DNA of 63,843 nucleotides, filler included, from Octopus bimaculoides (Eukaryota), in the NCBI RefSeq assembly GCF_001194135.2. It is 7 parts of 7 records of this genome, joined end to end, with 100 filler letters (N's around TTAATTAATTAA, not from the genome) between each part and the next. Parts side by side here need not be neighbours in the genome. Positions count along the whole stretch, not along the records: positions 34,360 to 52,433 come from NC_068990.1; 6 more parts are not named here. One strand, 5' to 3'. Below, piece by piece: positions 36,401 through 50,175 of this stretch (the first letter of the stretch is position 1; each line of letters begins with the position of its first letter). A model generated the notes under the pieces. The model worked only from the letters and a program-made list of their open reading frames with translations, ran no database searches and had not been told where the DNA came from. The position numbers and the translations under genes were made by a program.

Positions 36401-38494
36401 TTTTAATTTGTGACACAAGCATTTATTTTATTATACTAAATTGTTTCCACCTTGTTTTCCATTTCGGTCTCAAATTAAGGCTGTTAAACGCGTAACGCCT
36501 GAAGACATGTCATGGCAAACAGAATAATATAAGTTTCCAGCAAGCCAGAAATTATGACTGTGTACTCAATTATTTAAAAAATCAAGCGTGAAAGACTGAC
36601 ACTGATTTATCCACATTGAAAAAGATGACAGAAATGTCCGTTCATGGTCAATTTGCTCAGGATATAAAAAATATAAATCACTTATATTGATTCCATTTTT
36701 ACCTATTCAACAAATCATTGCCATATACTCCTTAGGTGCTTATTTAAATATAAACCGGAGTTATACTGTTTCATGAAATCGTTTCAGGGTGTCTTGGTAG
36801 CGATTTCCATCTGACCAATAAAAAAAACACCCTTTGCTTCGTCACAATCGGTTTCTAAAAACAAAAGAAAAAGGGGGAAAAACGCCAGAATATTTGAATG
36901 CTACATAAAGTAAGATTGTGACGCACATAACTAACATATAATGTTTAATTCAGCTGATTTAATCTACCCAATTTATTTCTAAAACCCTCTGTAAATTTGA
37001 GAAAAATCTAAAAGCGAAAATAATAAAACCGTATGTAATATCTCGAAAGAGATTTGTTGATCGAAATTTTTGGACATAATGACAATACAGATTTGAGAGG
37101 TTCTAGTGTTTAAAAACCAACTGGTGGAAGACTAAATTTTGTTCTAAACAGAACTCTTCAATGAGGCATATACGTTCTATATTTCAAAGTGTCACATGTT
37201 TTTATTATTCTCTTCGTATTCTGAAACGCCCGAAAAATGTCTCAACTGCATATCACCGTTTACTTAACTTTGAATATCAGAGTTCAAATTATATTTTGTG
37301 AAGATATTGTTTTCATTGTTAAAGTAAAATTATCTTCTCTTGTCATTCCGACTCATAAGGGCCGGTTTATCTGTTTCCATGGCCTATAAATTCCCCATCC
37401 GGACGTCACAGGATTACTATTTTTTGTGAGCTGAGTGGGCTGGAGCAACAACAAATGAATCAAAACCACAATCTTATGATCATAATCACTAATCACTAAT
37501 CCACTAATCCACGCACCTCTATTTTCATTGTTAAATATATTTAGGTCCTTCTTTTTCTTTAATGTAACAGCCTTATGACCAAATGTTTCCTAGTCATTCC
37601 CTGTCTGTCTTTGGTATACCAGGCTCTACATGATACAGTATAGGTGTTTTTTCATTGAAGATGATAGGAGATAATTTGAGGTATATTTGCTGAATTTTTC
37701 TATCAGAGCGTTAAGACTGAATATCTGTGTAAAATGGGACACAGAACTAATGTTTTCCAGTAATATACGAGATATGCGGTTGAAATAGTTATATTAAATA
37801 GCAAACAGCTCTCTCTGCCTGAAAGAATTCCACAAATTCGAGATGAGTTTACCTTATGATAGAGATATATGGCTCAAGATGCAGTTGATGTTCTTTAGAC
37901 CTTCACATCAGGCCTCTAATCAAGCGGCTTTCTCAGTATCCACTATTGGATTATTCAATAGGTCAGGATTATATGCATTCAGACAATAACCATGTATCCG
38001 ATCAATGACACAAGACCGTTTATACATAAATTGTTTTATTAACATATGAGACGAAATTTAGCTCAAACATAACTATATCTTAGTACACACTTACTTTAAA
38101 TGGTTTTGGAATGAAGAAGCCATATAGCTAACAGATACTGTTGCTAAGTCAAACGTCGGCTTTAATTCAACAGCCTTATGAATAAATATGTTATACAAGT
38201 AGTAGACATGTCTACGTCTAGTTTCAAAGACACATTGCAACTATAAGTACAGTATATTAAGATACATGTATGTATCCTTCAAATTTCACGCTGGTCAATT
38301 GTAATACAGAAAATACTTGGTTGAGATTTCTAATCAGTCGATCGTTCGCATAAAATTTCCTTGTTGACTCATATATGTTAAGCATGCTATTTACTCAGCT
38401 TAACTTAAATTCAAAAACTTACAAGAATATCTGACAGGGAATAGATCTGTGAGATTAAAATAAGGATTTAAATAGGTACAGAAAATATTGATTT

Positions 38495-38695
38495 CTAATT
38501 TTGACACAAAGCTAAACAATTGGTGAGAAGGAGAAAGTCGATTCTATCAACCCCAGTGATCAACTGATACTTATTTTATCGAGTCTGAAATGCAAAAATC
38601 GAACCAGGTTGAATTTGAACGCGGAACGTAAAGACTAACAGAATGCTGTAAAGTATTTTGCCCGGTGTGCTAACGATTCTACCAGCTAGCCGTCT
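38495..38695 (-). mobile_element. SINE family B (diverged)
   Basis: gtcgattctatcaaccccagtg...aactgatacttattttatcga...gccggtgtgctaacgattct. Confidence 0.8.
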
Positions 38696-39381
38696 CAGAT
38701 ACAGTTAATATTAAATAAAAACTAGGATCATATTCCATTTTTCTAGTAATCATCATTATTGATACCATCGCTTATAAAGTGAAACTGTATCTCAGGTTCT
38801 GCTTGACGGGAGCTCTCTTGTTGGTTAGAACAATTATTGATTTTTCCTGTGTCTAACGTAAAGGTCATTATATTTTCACCTGAAGCGGGGAATGTCGCTT
38901 GAATAGTCTGCAAATAATACTTTGTTTATCGAAACTGAAATTTTTTGAAAGCTCAAGTCAACATCGAAGAAGTTTGAACAAAAGATCGAAAATATTTCTA
39001 AATAGTATTTAGTTCTGAACAGTAGCGATTTAGTCATTCCCATGGCCCTTGACGGCAGCAGTCATTACTATGTAGAAATTAATGATAATTTTACCTACGA
39101 AATGGGACATCATAATCGTATTTTCCGCTTCTCTTCATATTGTCCGCATTCATAATGTTTTGCACAGAGACTTTGTGTCGATGTTTATAAATACCTGCGT
39201 ATTGAAAATTGACTATACGTATACATGCATTCATGAGTGCGTATATAACTATATGTATTATATGCTATATAAAGATATCTTTATACATACACATGTATAT
39301 ATGTATACACATACACACATATATATATTTATATATATATATATCTACACACATACACACACACACACACACACATACACA

Positions 39382-39437
<56 letters not shown>

Positions 39438-39688
39438 CGCATGTATTATGTATACATATGTGTATATCAACAGATTATTATTCATTCATTAATTCAGTTA
39501 TCGCTGAACCATTATGTTTGCAATCAACAATACAAGTCGTAACAGTCCTACACCATAATAATAATAGTCAAAATCCCCCATGCTCTCCATCATTGTAGTC
39601 ACCACTGTCTATAGAATTGAATAGAATCGCAAATACTATTTTACCTATTAATTTTGGCATTATTATCGAGACAAGTAATAAATTGGAT

Positions 39689-39754
<66 letters not shown>

Positions 39755-40064
39755 GTGCGATTGTATAAACTGCATTGCTATTGATTATTTTACAATGAAC
39801 ATATATAGTCTCGCTATGGTTATGTACGCACATTATCTATCTATCTATCTATCTATCCATCTACTTTCCTGTTAATCTATCTCCCCTTATATATATATAT
39901 ATATATATATCAAGGGTAAGAGAGGTATTGATGTCAAGAAGACCCAAAGGTACCAGGTAGTGCTGAGTAAGTGATATGGACAGACTATAGTGAAGCTCCA
40001 GGTTCGATAATGATACGAATGATAAGTCCAACGTTGGTCGTGTATTAGCATGCATATATATAAA

Positions 40065-40175
40065 AATTAACAGAATGAGATTAAAAAATCCAAGTCTGTC
40101 AATAGTTTTCAGAACAGTTATAAATGCTCTGAAAACTATTCACAGCGTTGGATTTTTTATCTCATTCTCTTAATT
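40065..40175. repeat. ~110-bp imperfect palindrome (hairpin or MITE-like)
   Basis: aattaa-c-agaatgaga-t-taaaaaatccaa-gtctgtc-aatagttttcaga / 14-nt loop / tctgaaaactatt-cacagcg-ttggatttttta-tctcattct-c-ttaatt. Confidence 0.92.
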
Positions 40176-40769
40176 TAATATATATATATATGTATATATA
40201 TATACACTCTCTCTTTCCTTTCCTGAGCGTCCAATAATACTATCCATATCACGTCCTCACTTTGTTGTTTTTTTGTTTTTTTGTTATTGTGTTTTTGAAC
40301 TATATATATATATATATATATATNNNNNNNNNNNNNNNNNNNNNNNNNNNNNNNNNNNNNNNNNNNNNNNNNNNNNNNNNNNNNNNNNNNNNNNNNNNNN
40401 NNNNNNNNNNNNNNNNNNNNNNNNNNNNNNNNNNNNNNNNNNNNNNNNNNNNNNNNNNNNNNNNNNNNNNNNNNNNNNNNNNNNNNNNNNNNNNNNNNNN
40501 NNNNNNNNNNNNNNNNNNNNNNNNNNNNNNNNNNNNNNNNNNNNNNNNNNNNNNNNNNNNNNNNNNNNNNNNNNNNNNNNNNNNNNNNNNNNNNNNNNNN
40601 NNNNNNNNNNNNNNNNNNNNNNNNNNNNNNNNNNNNNNNNNTATATACATACATATGCACACATATATTCAAACATATGCGTAAATATGTATATATTCAC
40701 ATATACACGTGCTCCCAGCATGGAGAACGGATGTCAAATGATTTTTGACGATGATAAAAAGAAAAACAG

Positions 40770-40814
<45 letters not shown>

Positions 40815-41794
40815 CACACACACATATGTATGTCTGTCGCAGTTTTTTTAAATGCCTACCCATGGTAGTTTTAAAGTGTGGACCAACCCGCGTAATTTGA
40901 TACCACTATTGGGTTGTCTGACCACAATGGTGCAGCGTCTGAGTCGATGCAGTTCCCAGCGTGCTCTATGTTTTACTTTAGAGTTGCCTTATCGATGGTA
41001 AGTTGACTTGCAGGGCCGGAGCGTTCCACTCACCTGGAGCCACCGGAAGTTAATTAAGGAGGGCATCAACCGTTCAGCGGGACTCTACCTCTCGATTTCC
41101 TGTCGAATTCCCCCCCCCCATATCTTCTCCTTTCCCAAGGTATTCACAGGACAGTGAGATTTTATGTTAGTTTTCTTTTCTTATAACATGCTAATTAACT
41201 CATAGTTAGGATCCTGACTAGTGATTCTGTTCCAGTCAGGTTAGACCTAGGAACAATAACGACTAACACCTGATTCTACTCCCTTCAAATTCCCGGAACT
41301 CCCAAAGCGGAGTTTATTATTAAATTTACCTTTTGTAGGAGTTTAATGTTTCTATAACCCACCCCCAGGCGCTCTCTAACACAAATTTGTCCATATGTAC
41401 AAGTGTGTAAATTTATGTGTGTCAATATTTAAGCATATTTATATTTATGCGTATATGTACACGTGATTTTCTGTGTGTGTTTCTGTGTGTGCGTATGTGT
41501 TTGTGTGTGCGTGCACCTGTTTGTACCTGGTTATGTGTTTGTGTGAGTGTTTGTGTCTTAGTATATGTCTGTGTCTGTATGTGTTTATTCATTACTAATA
41601 AAGGTAATCTCACCTCCGCTCCAGAGAGCTCTAATAAAGCAGCAGTTTTATATTGTGAGAAACTATGAAAAGAGTCAATGATATTACAGCCTCAACCAAC
41701 CGGTTCTTTCAATTTATTTCCAATTATCTTTTTCTAGAATTAATTAATTATTCTTTTGTGTAATCTTTCCAGAAATGGCTCTATAATAATGTCG

Positions 41795-42290
41795 ATGAAC
41801 GAGGAACGTCGATGATGACGACGACGACGACGATGACGACGACTGCAGCGACGGCGGTGACGGCGGCGGCGACGACGACGACGACTATGAAGACGACGAT
41901 GATAATGATGGTGATGATGATGATGGTAAAGACGACGATTATCATAATAAGGGTTGTGATGGCTCCGATGTTACTAATGAAAATGATGCTAAGTATCCTC
42001 GTATGGATGATGAGGAGGCAAAACAAGGTGAAGGTGGTATCCATGGTTTTGGTTGGGTGATGATGATGATTATGAGAGGGAGGAGGAGGAAGAAAGTGAC
42101 GAAGCGGATGGGACAATAACAACAAAGATGATGATGATGTTGATAACAATGCTGATGATGACGGTAATTTCGACAACGACGATGACAATGATGATAACGA
42201 TGGTTACGACGAAGACGATGACAACACCGACGGCGAGGACGACAAGGAATATGCTGATGATGAAGACAACTAACGTTGTAATAGTTTGAA
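41795..42290. repeat. Cryptic (GAT/GAC)n trinucleotide region
   Basis: Decayed triplet repeat with frame slips. Confidence 0.9.
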
Positions 42291-42454
42291 AATGTAAATG
42301 TGTAGAACGTATTACGAAGAGTTGTAACAAACAAAGGAAGTATATAACATAGCTTGATTGGCTAAACACATGGCCACAGTAGTAACTTTAAAGAATTAGA
42401 AAATGACTTTGGTGAAGTTCCTAAAAGCAACGAACCGCAAGAAGAGCCCAGCTG

Positions 42455-42689
42455 GACGGACATCTGCAATATTTTTCTCAGTTCTGCTGGTTGCGTGTCT
42501 TCCAGAACGTTAGTCCCTATCGACATTTTTTCAGCCATATTGGAAATGTCTGAACTACTTGTAGTATTGTGTGTGGATCATACACTCTTCTCCATACAAT
42601 TTCTGCCACATTGCGTAGGCCTCCGAGCAGGTATCGTCAAACTTTTGGCAACATGTGATACAGATTCTCTGCTCAACTTTCTCTGTTAT
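42455..42689 (-). mobile_element. Mariner transposase N-terminal (HTH) fossil
   Basis: ITEKVEQRICITCCQKFDDTCSEAYAMWQKLYGEECMIHTQYYK*FRHFQYG*KNVDRD*RSGRHATSRTEKNIADV (~EQRxCIKFC...YG...W..RF..G...D..RSGRP). Confidence 0.85.
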
Positions 42690-43618
42690 GGTCAATGCGA
42701 CGCTCACACGCTACACACTTTCTTCCAAACACTGATGTAAACAGAGGAGGTGAGCTAGAACATTAAACTTAATACCCATGTTCATCAGTGTTGAAGATAA
42801 ATCTGTGCCGAGCGGCTTTACTCTGCATGCTATAGTTTCGTTACTATGGCACAGTCCGGATACTTATTCATCAGACTAGTATGTATTCATATACTCTTTT
42901 CTTATATGGGATTTGCATCGTTGGTTCAATGCTTCTACTATATCGATCACCAATTTCCTAGATCATTCCATGAAGGAGAAAAGGTACGTGCGTGTGCATG
43001 TATATGTATATACATATAAACATACACATTATATATACATACACACACACATATGCATATATATATTATAATTTAGAACACACAGTCACCGGTTCTCATA
43101 TATATATATATATATATATATNNNNNNNNNNNNNNNNNNNNNNNNNNNNNNNNNNNNNNNNNNNNNNNNNNNNNNNNNNNNNNNNNNNNNNNNNNNNNNN
43201 NNNNNNNNNNNNNNNNNNNNNNNNNNNNNNNNNNNNNNNNNNNNNNNNNNNNNNNNNNNNNNNNNNNNNNNNNNNNNNNNNNNNNNNNNNNNNNNNNNNN
43301 NNNNNNNNNNNNNNNNNNNNNNNNNNNNNNNNNNNNNNNNNNNNNNNNNNNNNNNNNNNNNNNNNNNNNNNNNNNNNNNNNNNNNNNNNNNNNNNNNNNN
43401 NNNNNNNNNNNNNNNNNNNNNNNNNNNNNNNNNNNNNNNNNNNNNNNNNNNNNNNNNNNNNNNNNNNNNNNNNNNNNNNNNNNNNNNNNNNNNNNNNNNN
43501 NNNNNNNNNNNNNNNNNNNNNNNNCGCTTTATGAACGTGAAACCCGCGATAATACCTTAGACCGGCCATAACTATCTCTATCTAATTACTCTATAACTTA
43601 GAGTGTGCTTCTCTTTCG

Positions 43619-43667
<49 letters not shown>

Positions 43668-43934
43668 TACTAATCAGCACACACGCGTGCGTGCACGCAC
43701 ACATGTTCCTGGTCATCTTAAACTTATTTTCCCAGAGATTAGTTAGAATCTAAATGTTGTTTACCAAAAATAAATTGAAAGAAGACAGGGAAAAATCAAC
43801 TGGAATATATAGAAATTAATTAAATACGATAAACTTATCATTTTTGCATCGAAGGTACAAATTTAATATAAATAAAGAAATAAAATTCTATCATAGTAGA
43901 ATTAAGAAATTCTTTTCGTAGAATGTAATGGCTT

Positions 43935-44150
43935 CAAATTTTGGCACAGGGCCAGGAGTTTTCGTGAAGAGGGTGGGGGAGTCGATTACAATAGCTCCAG
44001 TACTTGTCTAGGATTTATTTTATCCACTCCGAAATATTGAAATGCAAAATTGACCCTTGCAGAATTTGAGCTCAGAAAGTAACCATGGACGAAATGCCGT
44101 GAAGCAATTTTTCCGGTATGCTAATGTTTCTGACAGCTGGCCGCCTTCTT
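43935..44150 (-). mobile_element. SINE family B (diverged)
   Basis: aattttggcacagggcc...gtcgattac...ttgagctcagaaagt...ccggtatgctaatg. Confidence 0.75.
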
Positions 44151-45523
44151 CTCGTAGAAAATAAACGCGTTAAATGTGTTGACTCATTAGCGACTAGAAT
44201 AAAACATGAGAGTACTTCTTTTATTAATAATTGAGTAATTAGGGTTGCTATAAAGATTATAGAGATCGATCATATAGAAGCAACGGTGAATAATGTCAGC
44301 ATACCATGATGAATATGTGAACGAAAACTCTACACAACATGGAATAAATATTTGCGTATTTATGTAAATTGAGCTCTACATAATGTACATCCGATAAAAC
44401 TGGGCAGGTCTGAATTAAATGACTGTCGAACATGTAAACGACTTGTTTTCGATTATAGTATATATACCGAAACAGACTTTATAATGGTCACATGAGCTAG
44501 AATTTGCACACAGGAAATTGCCTAAAGTATACGACAAAACAAATGGAAAACTGTATAAGGTAGTTATGCAACAGATATAGGAGTACGATCGATTATAAAC
44601 CCTTCATGCGACCAGCTTTTGTGAATTCACAATGTACATGCAGTGCTAATTTCAGAAATTATATTCAGTGGGGAATACGTAAATATTAGCAAATCAGAAA
44701 AGACAACAAGTTGTGTAAACTCTTATAAAAATTTAACATCAAAATATAAGAGACAACATGTTGATAATAACATAATTTTCCGCACTATTTAACTCATCAA
44801 TACGCCGTATATTTACTCTATTTATATCGACCTAACGTTTCGATCGATGTGATCTCCAGTGGTTATCGTCAAATATATTATTCCTGGAAATGTACATGAT
44901 TCAGAGATTATATTAGAAATACAAATATTGTAAATGTAAACCCTAAAGCATAGGTTAATAGCCCGGAAAACTATAATCGTGCCACACTTGTCATTGATAA
45001 CATCCATGTTATTTTATATTATTATGAGACAGGATTTGCAAACTTGCAAGGAAAATAGAGATAAAACTGGTTATTGTTAAATCTGTATTTAGAAATACAG
45101 GTTCCGTTAATGAGTAAACTACAGAGATGGGTTTTACAAAGCTATGAAGTGGTGAGCATTATATAAGGATACATTCAAAACGCTAGCGAAAGGAGAGCGT
45201 ATTTCTTAATCCTCTTAGTAATGGAATATTAAATGATGTTAACCGAATGCAAAAAAACTCGCAAGTAATTTTACAGACGCCTGCTAGTGAAATGAAAATA
45301 AATATTGCTTGACAGAAGAGCTTTATTTACATATAACTGAAGATGGCGACAACTTCATTTATGTCTTTTGATATCTGTGTGTGTGTAATTTAACTAATAT
45401 TTAGTATACATAATTCTATTGCGTTTATTGATATGTCTACATATTTATATACATGTACGTACGTACTTATATATATGTATGTATGCATATATAAATATAT
45501 ATATGTGTGGATATGTGGGGGTG

Positions 45524-45566
<43 letters not shown>

Positions 45567-46538
45567 NNNNNNNNNNNNNNNNNNNNNNNNNNNNNNNNNN
45601 NNNNNNNNNNNNNNNNNNNNNNNNNNNNNNNNNNNNNNNNNNNNNNNNNNNNNNNTATATATATATATATATTCATGTGTATGCTCGTATTTACGTGCTT
45701 TTTTATGTTTTTGCCTATACAAATTAGCGTTGTTCTATAGCACATTTTATAGCACATATATGTACACATCACGCACTTAGTCCATAACATTCCACTAACA
45801 CATGATTTATACTTTTAATTTTCATGACATAATAACTTCAATAATAATTTTAAAATAACCAAACTCACTCCGTAATAATATTAATGATGATTTTTACTTG
45901 TATATGATGTAATTAAAACGTATCTTAACATTGTAGTTAAGAAATACAAAGATACAGAACATTAAACTTATTTTCTTATTGAGGAGTAAAAAATCAAAGT
46001 TTGTTTAATTTGATGTTTCGGAGCCAAGACGAATTATTCGAAATAACATTCTATCGACTCAGCTGTTTTGTGGCAGTGACCAATTTCACAAATGTCAAGG
46101 GTATCCCGAAAGGCTTGGTTGGAGACCCAACCTTCTCACCTCTTTTATATGGCTTAAAAACTGAAGGACAGCTGAAATGATTGTGAATCTGAAAACGAAA
46201 TATACTGAATAAAATCATAATAAACTGATCTTCCAGTATTTTCTTTTACTCGTAGCCACAAACTTCTCAGCACTCCCTGGTATACTCCTTCTGTGCCAAA
46301 AAAACTACAAAATCGTATTGTGTAGATCGGAATCATCTTTCTCGTTACACATTCTACACTTAGAACTTCCCTGGTTTCTGTCTTTTCTTGACTTAATCAT
46401 ATTCGCTCGTAGTGACTGGCTTTGAGCAGCCATCATATATCCTTCCGAATATTATTATTTTTTTTATTTGTCTCTTCTCCATTCTGATACTATAGCCAAC
46501 ATTTATTTGGTGCAACATCCTTACGTTTGTTGTTGTTG

Positions 46539-46631
<93 letters not shown>

Positions 46632-46880
46632 CTTTCTTACAACCATCACCACCTTCCTCAATTTTGTTTCCCTTTGATTTTCTTGTTTGTTGAAGAAACG
46701 AAAAAGAAAAAATCCTGCGAAATACACGAAGTATTTACCAATGAATTATACCGTCAGATTGGCATGTATGGTGGGAGCGATGGTGAGCAAAAATGAATAA
46801 ATGTTATTTGTATTATCAGACGTTGCTCACTCTCACCCATTCTCTGTCTCTCTCTCTCTCTGTCTCTCTCTCTCTCTCTC

Positions 46881-46923
<43 letters not shown>

Positions 46924-47575
46924 TACACACATGTATACATACATCAACACAATATATATATGTATATATACACATAAACATACATATATATATATACACA
47001 TGTATACACACAGACACACACACACACACACAAGCGCACACACACACNNNNNNNNNNNNNNNNNNNNNNNNNNNNNNNNNNNNNNNNNNNNNNNNNNNNN
47101 NNNNNNNNNNNNNNNNNNNNNNNNNNNNNNNNNNNNNNNNNNNNNNNNNNNNNNNNNNNNNNNNNNNNNNNNNNNNNNNNNNNNNNNNNNNNNNNNNNNN
47201 NNNNNNNNNNNNNNNNNNNNNNNNNNNNNNNNNNNNNNNNNNNNNNNNNNNNNNNNNNNNNNNNNNNNNNNNNNNNNNNNNNNNNNNNNNNNNNNNNNNN
47301 NNNNNNNNNNNNNNNNNNNNNNNNNNNNNNNNNNNNNNNNNNNNNNNNNNNNNNNNNNNNNNNNNTATTTTGTTGCCACAAATTTTCCATCTCAGGTGAA
47401 TTTCGACAACAATGATACTGTTCCACAAAACCCAAGAATACGCTCTTAATTTCCGGTTTGAGGCAATAAATGAAAATATTATCGCAGGCAACTGTTTGCA
47501 ATCGGTTTAATTTAGTTTTATTTTCCTAAGGAAATTGTAAAAAAGTACAAAGAAAATAATGATAATAACAATGAA

Positions 47576-47635
<60 letters not shown>

Positions 47636-49620
47636 GTTGATAGCGATAGAAACAATAATAAATAATGGTTTATAGCAAAAAGCAGTATTTTAGTATGAGA
47701 TACTGACATTCTGAGACAGAAATCTTTATTATGACATTCTGTAGTTCTATAAACATATCGTATTTGTATGTATGCCTGTGAATATATATATGTGTATATA
47801 TATGTGTGTGTGTGTGTGTGTATCTATAATTGGGGGCATTGTATGTATACATATATACATATATTTATGTACACATATATACAAACACACATATATACAT
47901 ATATGTATGTATATATTTATATATACATACATACATAAACATATACACGCACACGCACACACACGCACACACACGCGCACACGCATACACACACACTCAG
48001 ACACACTCACATATGGACACACACCCAAATATACAGGTGAGATAAACTGTGAGACAGAGGGAGACTGAAAGATAAACGAATAATTAGTGAGACGCATAAG
48101 AAAACAATTAGGATTTCCCTGTGGGATGTTGTTCATCAAAGCTGACAACAATAATAAAACAATAAAACATGGGAAAAGACAAATTCTTGGTAATTCTTTT
48201 ATCGTTGAAACTAAAATGGAACATGTTAATATATAACCTTACTGGGCATAATTGTAGTAATAAGTACTCGATTTAGTCCCATGCATAAAGTGCTTTTATT
48301 GAATACTTCGCTGAAACAACTGTTAGTTTTAGTTCCATCTAAAAACCACGCCCACACATTTTGAGGATCATTCAACGATTGATCATCTATTTACCGGAAT
48401 TTGGATATTGTAAGTCTATGGTTAAATTCTCCAAGAATTCTAATATAGCAAAACCACGATTTCCAGATAATATTTCTATTACATTCCAACAAATTTCCAG
48501 GCGTTTCTAAACTCAATTTCCAGAGGTATCTTAACAGATTTTTCTGTATTTCTCTTACTACTGCCACATATCTTAATCAGTGTATGCACAAATTGAAAAA
48601 TAGTGACGTTACCTACTGTATAAATTATCATTGCCTCTTCACTAATCGCCAGTACATTAAAGTTTAGTAATCGTTCCTGTGGGTATATTTTTACATCACT
48701 TGTTTCACCTGCCTCTGAAAAACGCACCTAAAACTGCTTCGTCTCTTTACATAACAAAATTCTTCCTTCTCATATATAATGATATATATGAACAAATATT
48801 ATGGCTTCCTAGCATTCTCATCTGTATTTTCTTTTCATCCCCTACAGACATGGAATTCAAAGATTCATGGGAATTCACTGTATTACAAAGTTTTACCTTT
48901 CTGAAGTCAGTCAGCTCATGTAGATGTAAGAGTTGTATTGTGTACGCTATTTCATTTCGAACCCAAATATGTTCGCCATTATCTCCAGCAGCACTCATTA
49001 GAATAGAGATAACGTGTGTTTTTCTTTAACCAGCTGCAAATACCTTTTCTAGTACACATTATTATATCTATTTCCTCATCAATAATTTTAGCAAACGCCA
49101 CAACAAAATAAGGTACATCATATAACATACTTTACGATATAGCTGCTAAAATCTAATTGTATGCAATGTGCTGAATGTTGGTATATGGCAAGATCTCTCA
49201 AGGCTAATAACACTCTATCCATTATTCTAATAAGACTCCCATGTCAAGTTGGATAGAAAGGATACCTTTCAGAATTAATATAGCTTCCGTCATTTATAAT
49301 TTATTTATTGATAAATCTGCTGGCTATTGTGACATCAGTGTCTGAAAAGATACTATTACACTATATATCTCAGCAATGAGATTTGACTGGCATGCAATGA
49401 CCAGACGCTTCCTACTGATGATTTCAAGTAGTACAAAACACCGTGATATGAGATTTCCGGCGTCCATGATGGAGGATTCTTGTCTACCACGATCTATGTG
49501 CGTGCTTGTATGCACCCAGCACATATAAGACAGGATATTTCAAGGTTAATAACACAGTATTTAGTGTTCTAAGAAGACATTCATGTTAAGTTGAATATTT
49601 TATGTTATATATATATACGC

Positions 49621-49696
<76 letters not shown>

Positions 49697-50130
49697 NNNN
49701 NNNNNNNNNNNNNNNNNNNNNNNNNNNNNNNNNNNNNNNNNNNNNNNNNNNNNNNNNNNNNNNNNNNNNNNNNNNNNNNNNNNNNNNNNNNNNNNNNNNN
49801 NNNNNNNNNNNNNNNNNNNNNNNNNNNNNNNNNNNNNNNNNNNNNNNNNNNNNNNNNNNNNNNNNNNNNNNNNNNNNNNNNNNNNNNNNNNNNNNNNNNN
49901 NNNNNNNNNNNNNNNNNNNNNNNNNNNNNNNNNNNNNNNNNNNNNNNNNNNNNNNNNNNNNNNNNNNNNNNNNNNNNNNNNNNNNNNNNNNNNNNNNNNN
50001 NNNNNNNNNNNNNNNNNNNNNNNNNNNNNNNNNNNNNNNNNNNNNNNNNNNNNNNNNNNNNNNNNNNNNNNNNNNNNNNNNNNNNNNNNNNNNNNNNNNN
50101 NNNNNNNNNNNNNNNNNNNNNNNNNNNNNN

Positions 50131-50174
<44 letters not shown>

Positions 50175-50175
<1 letters not shown>

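Noticed and set aside
36100-36495. ~130-codon stop-free + strand frame (SPYNVILLGSNN...)
   Set aside because: No recognisable domain, and it is antisense to a possible Penelope RT fossil; likely incidental.
41795-42290. Asp-rich reading frame resembling acidic biomineralisation proteins
   Set aside because: The Asp frame is broken by two frameshifts and lacks a start or splice context; it is consistent with decayed (GAT/GAC)n repeats, which are common in this window.
42820-42892. Minus-strand CTGATGA...CGAAACTATAG
   Set aside because: No UH triplet or stem I; it lies in the probable 5' UTR of the mariner fossil.
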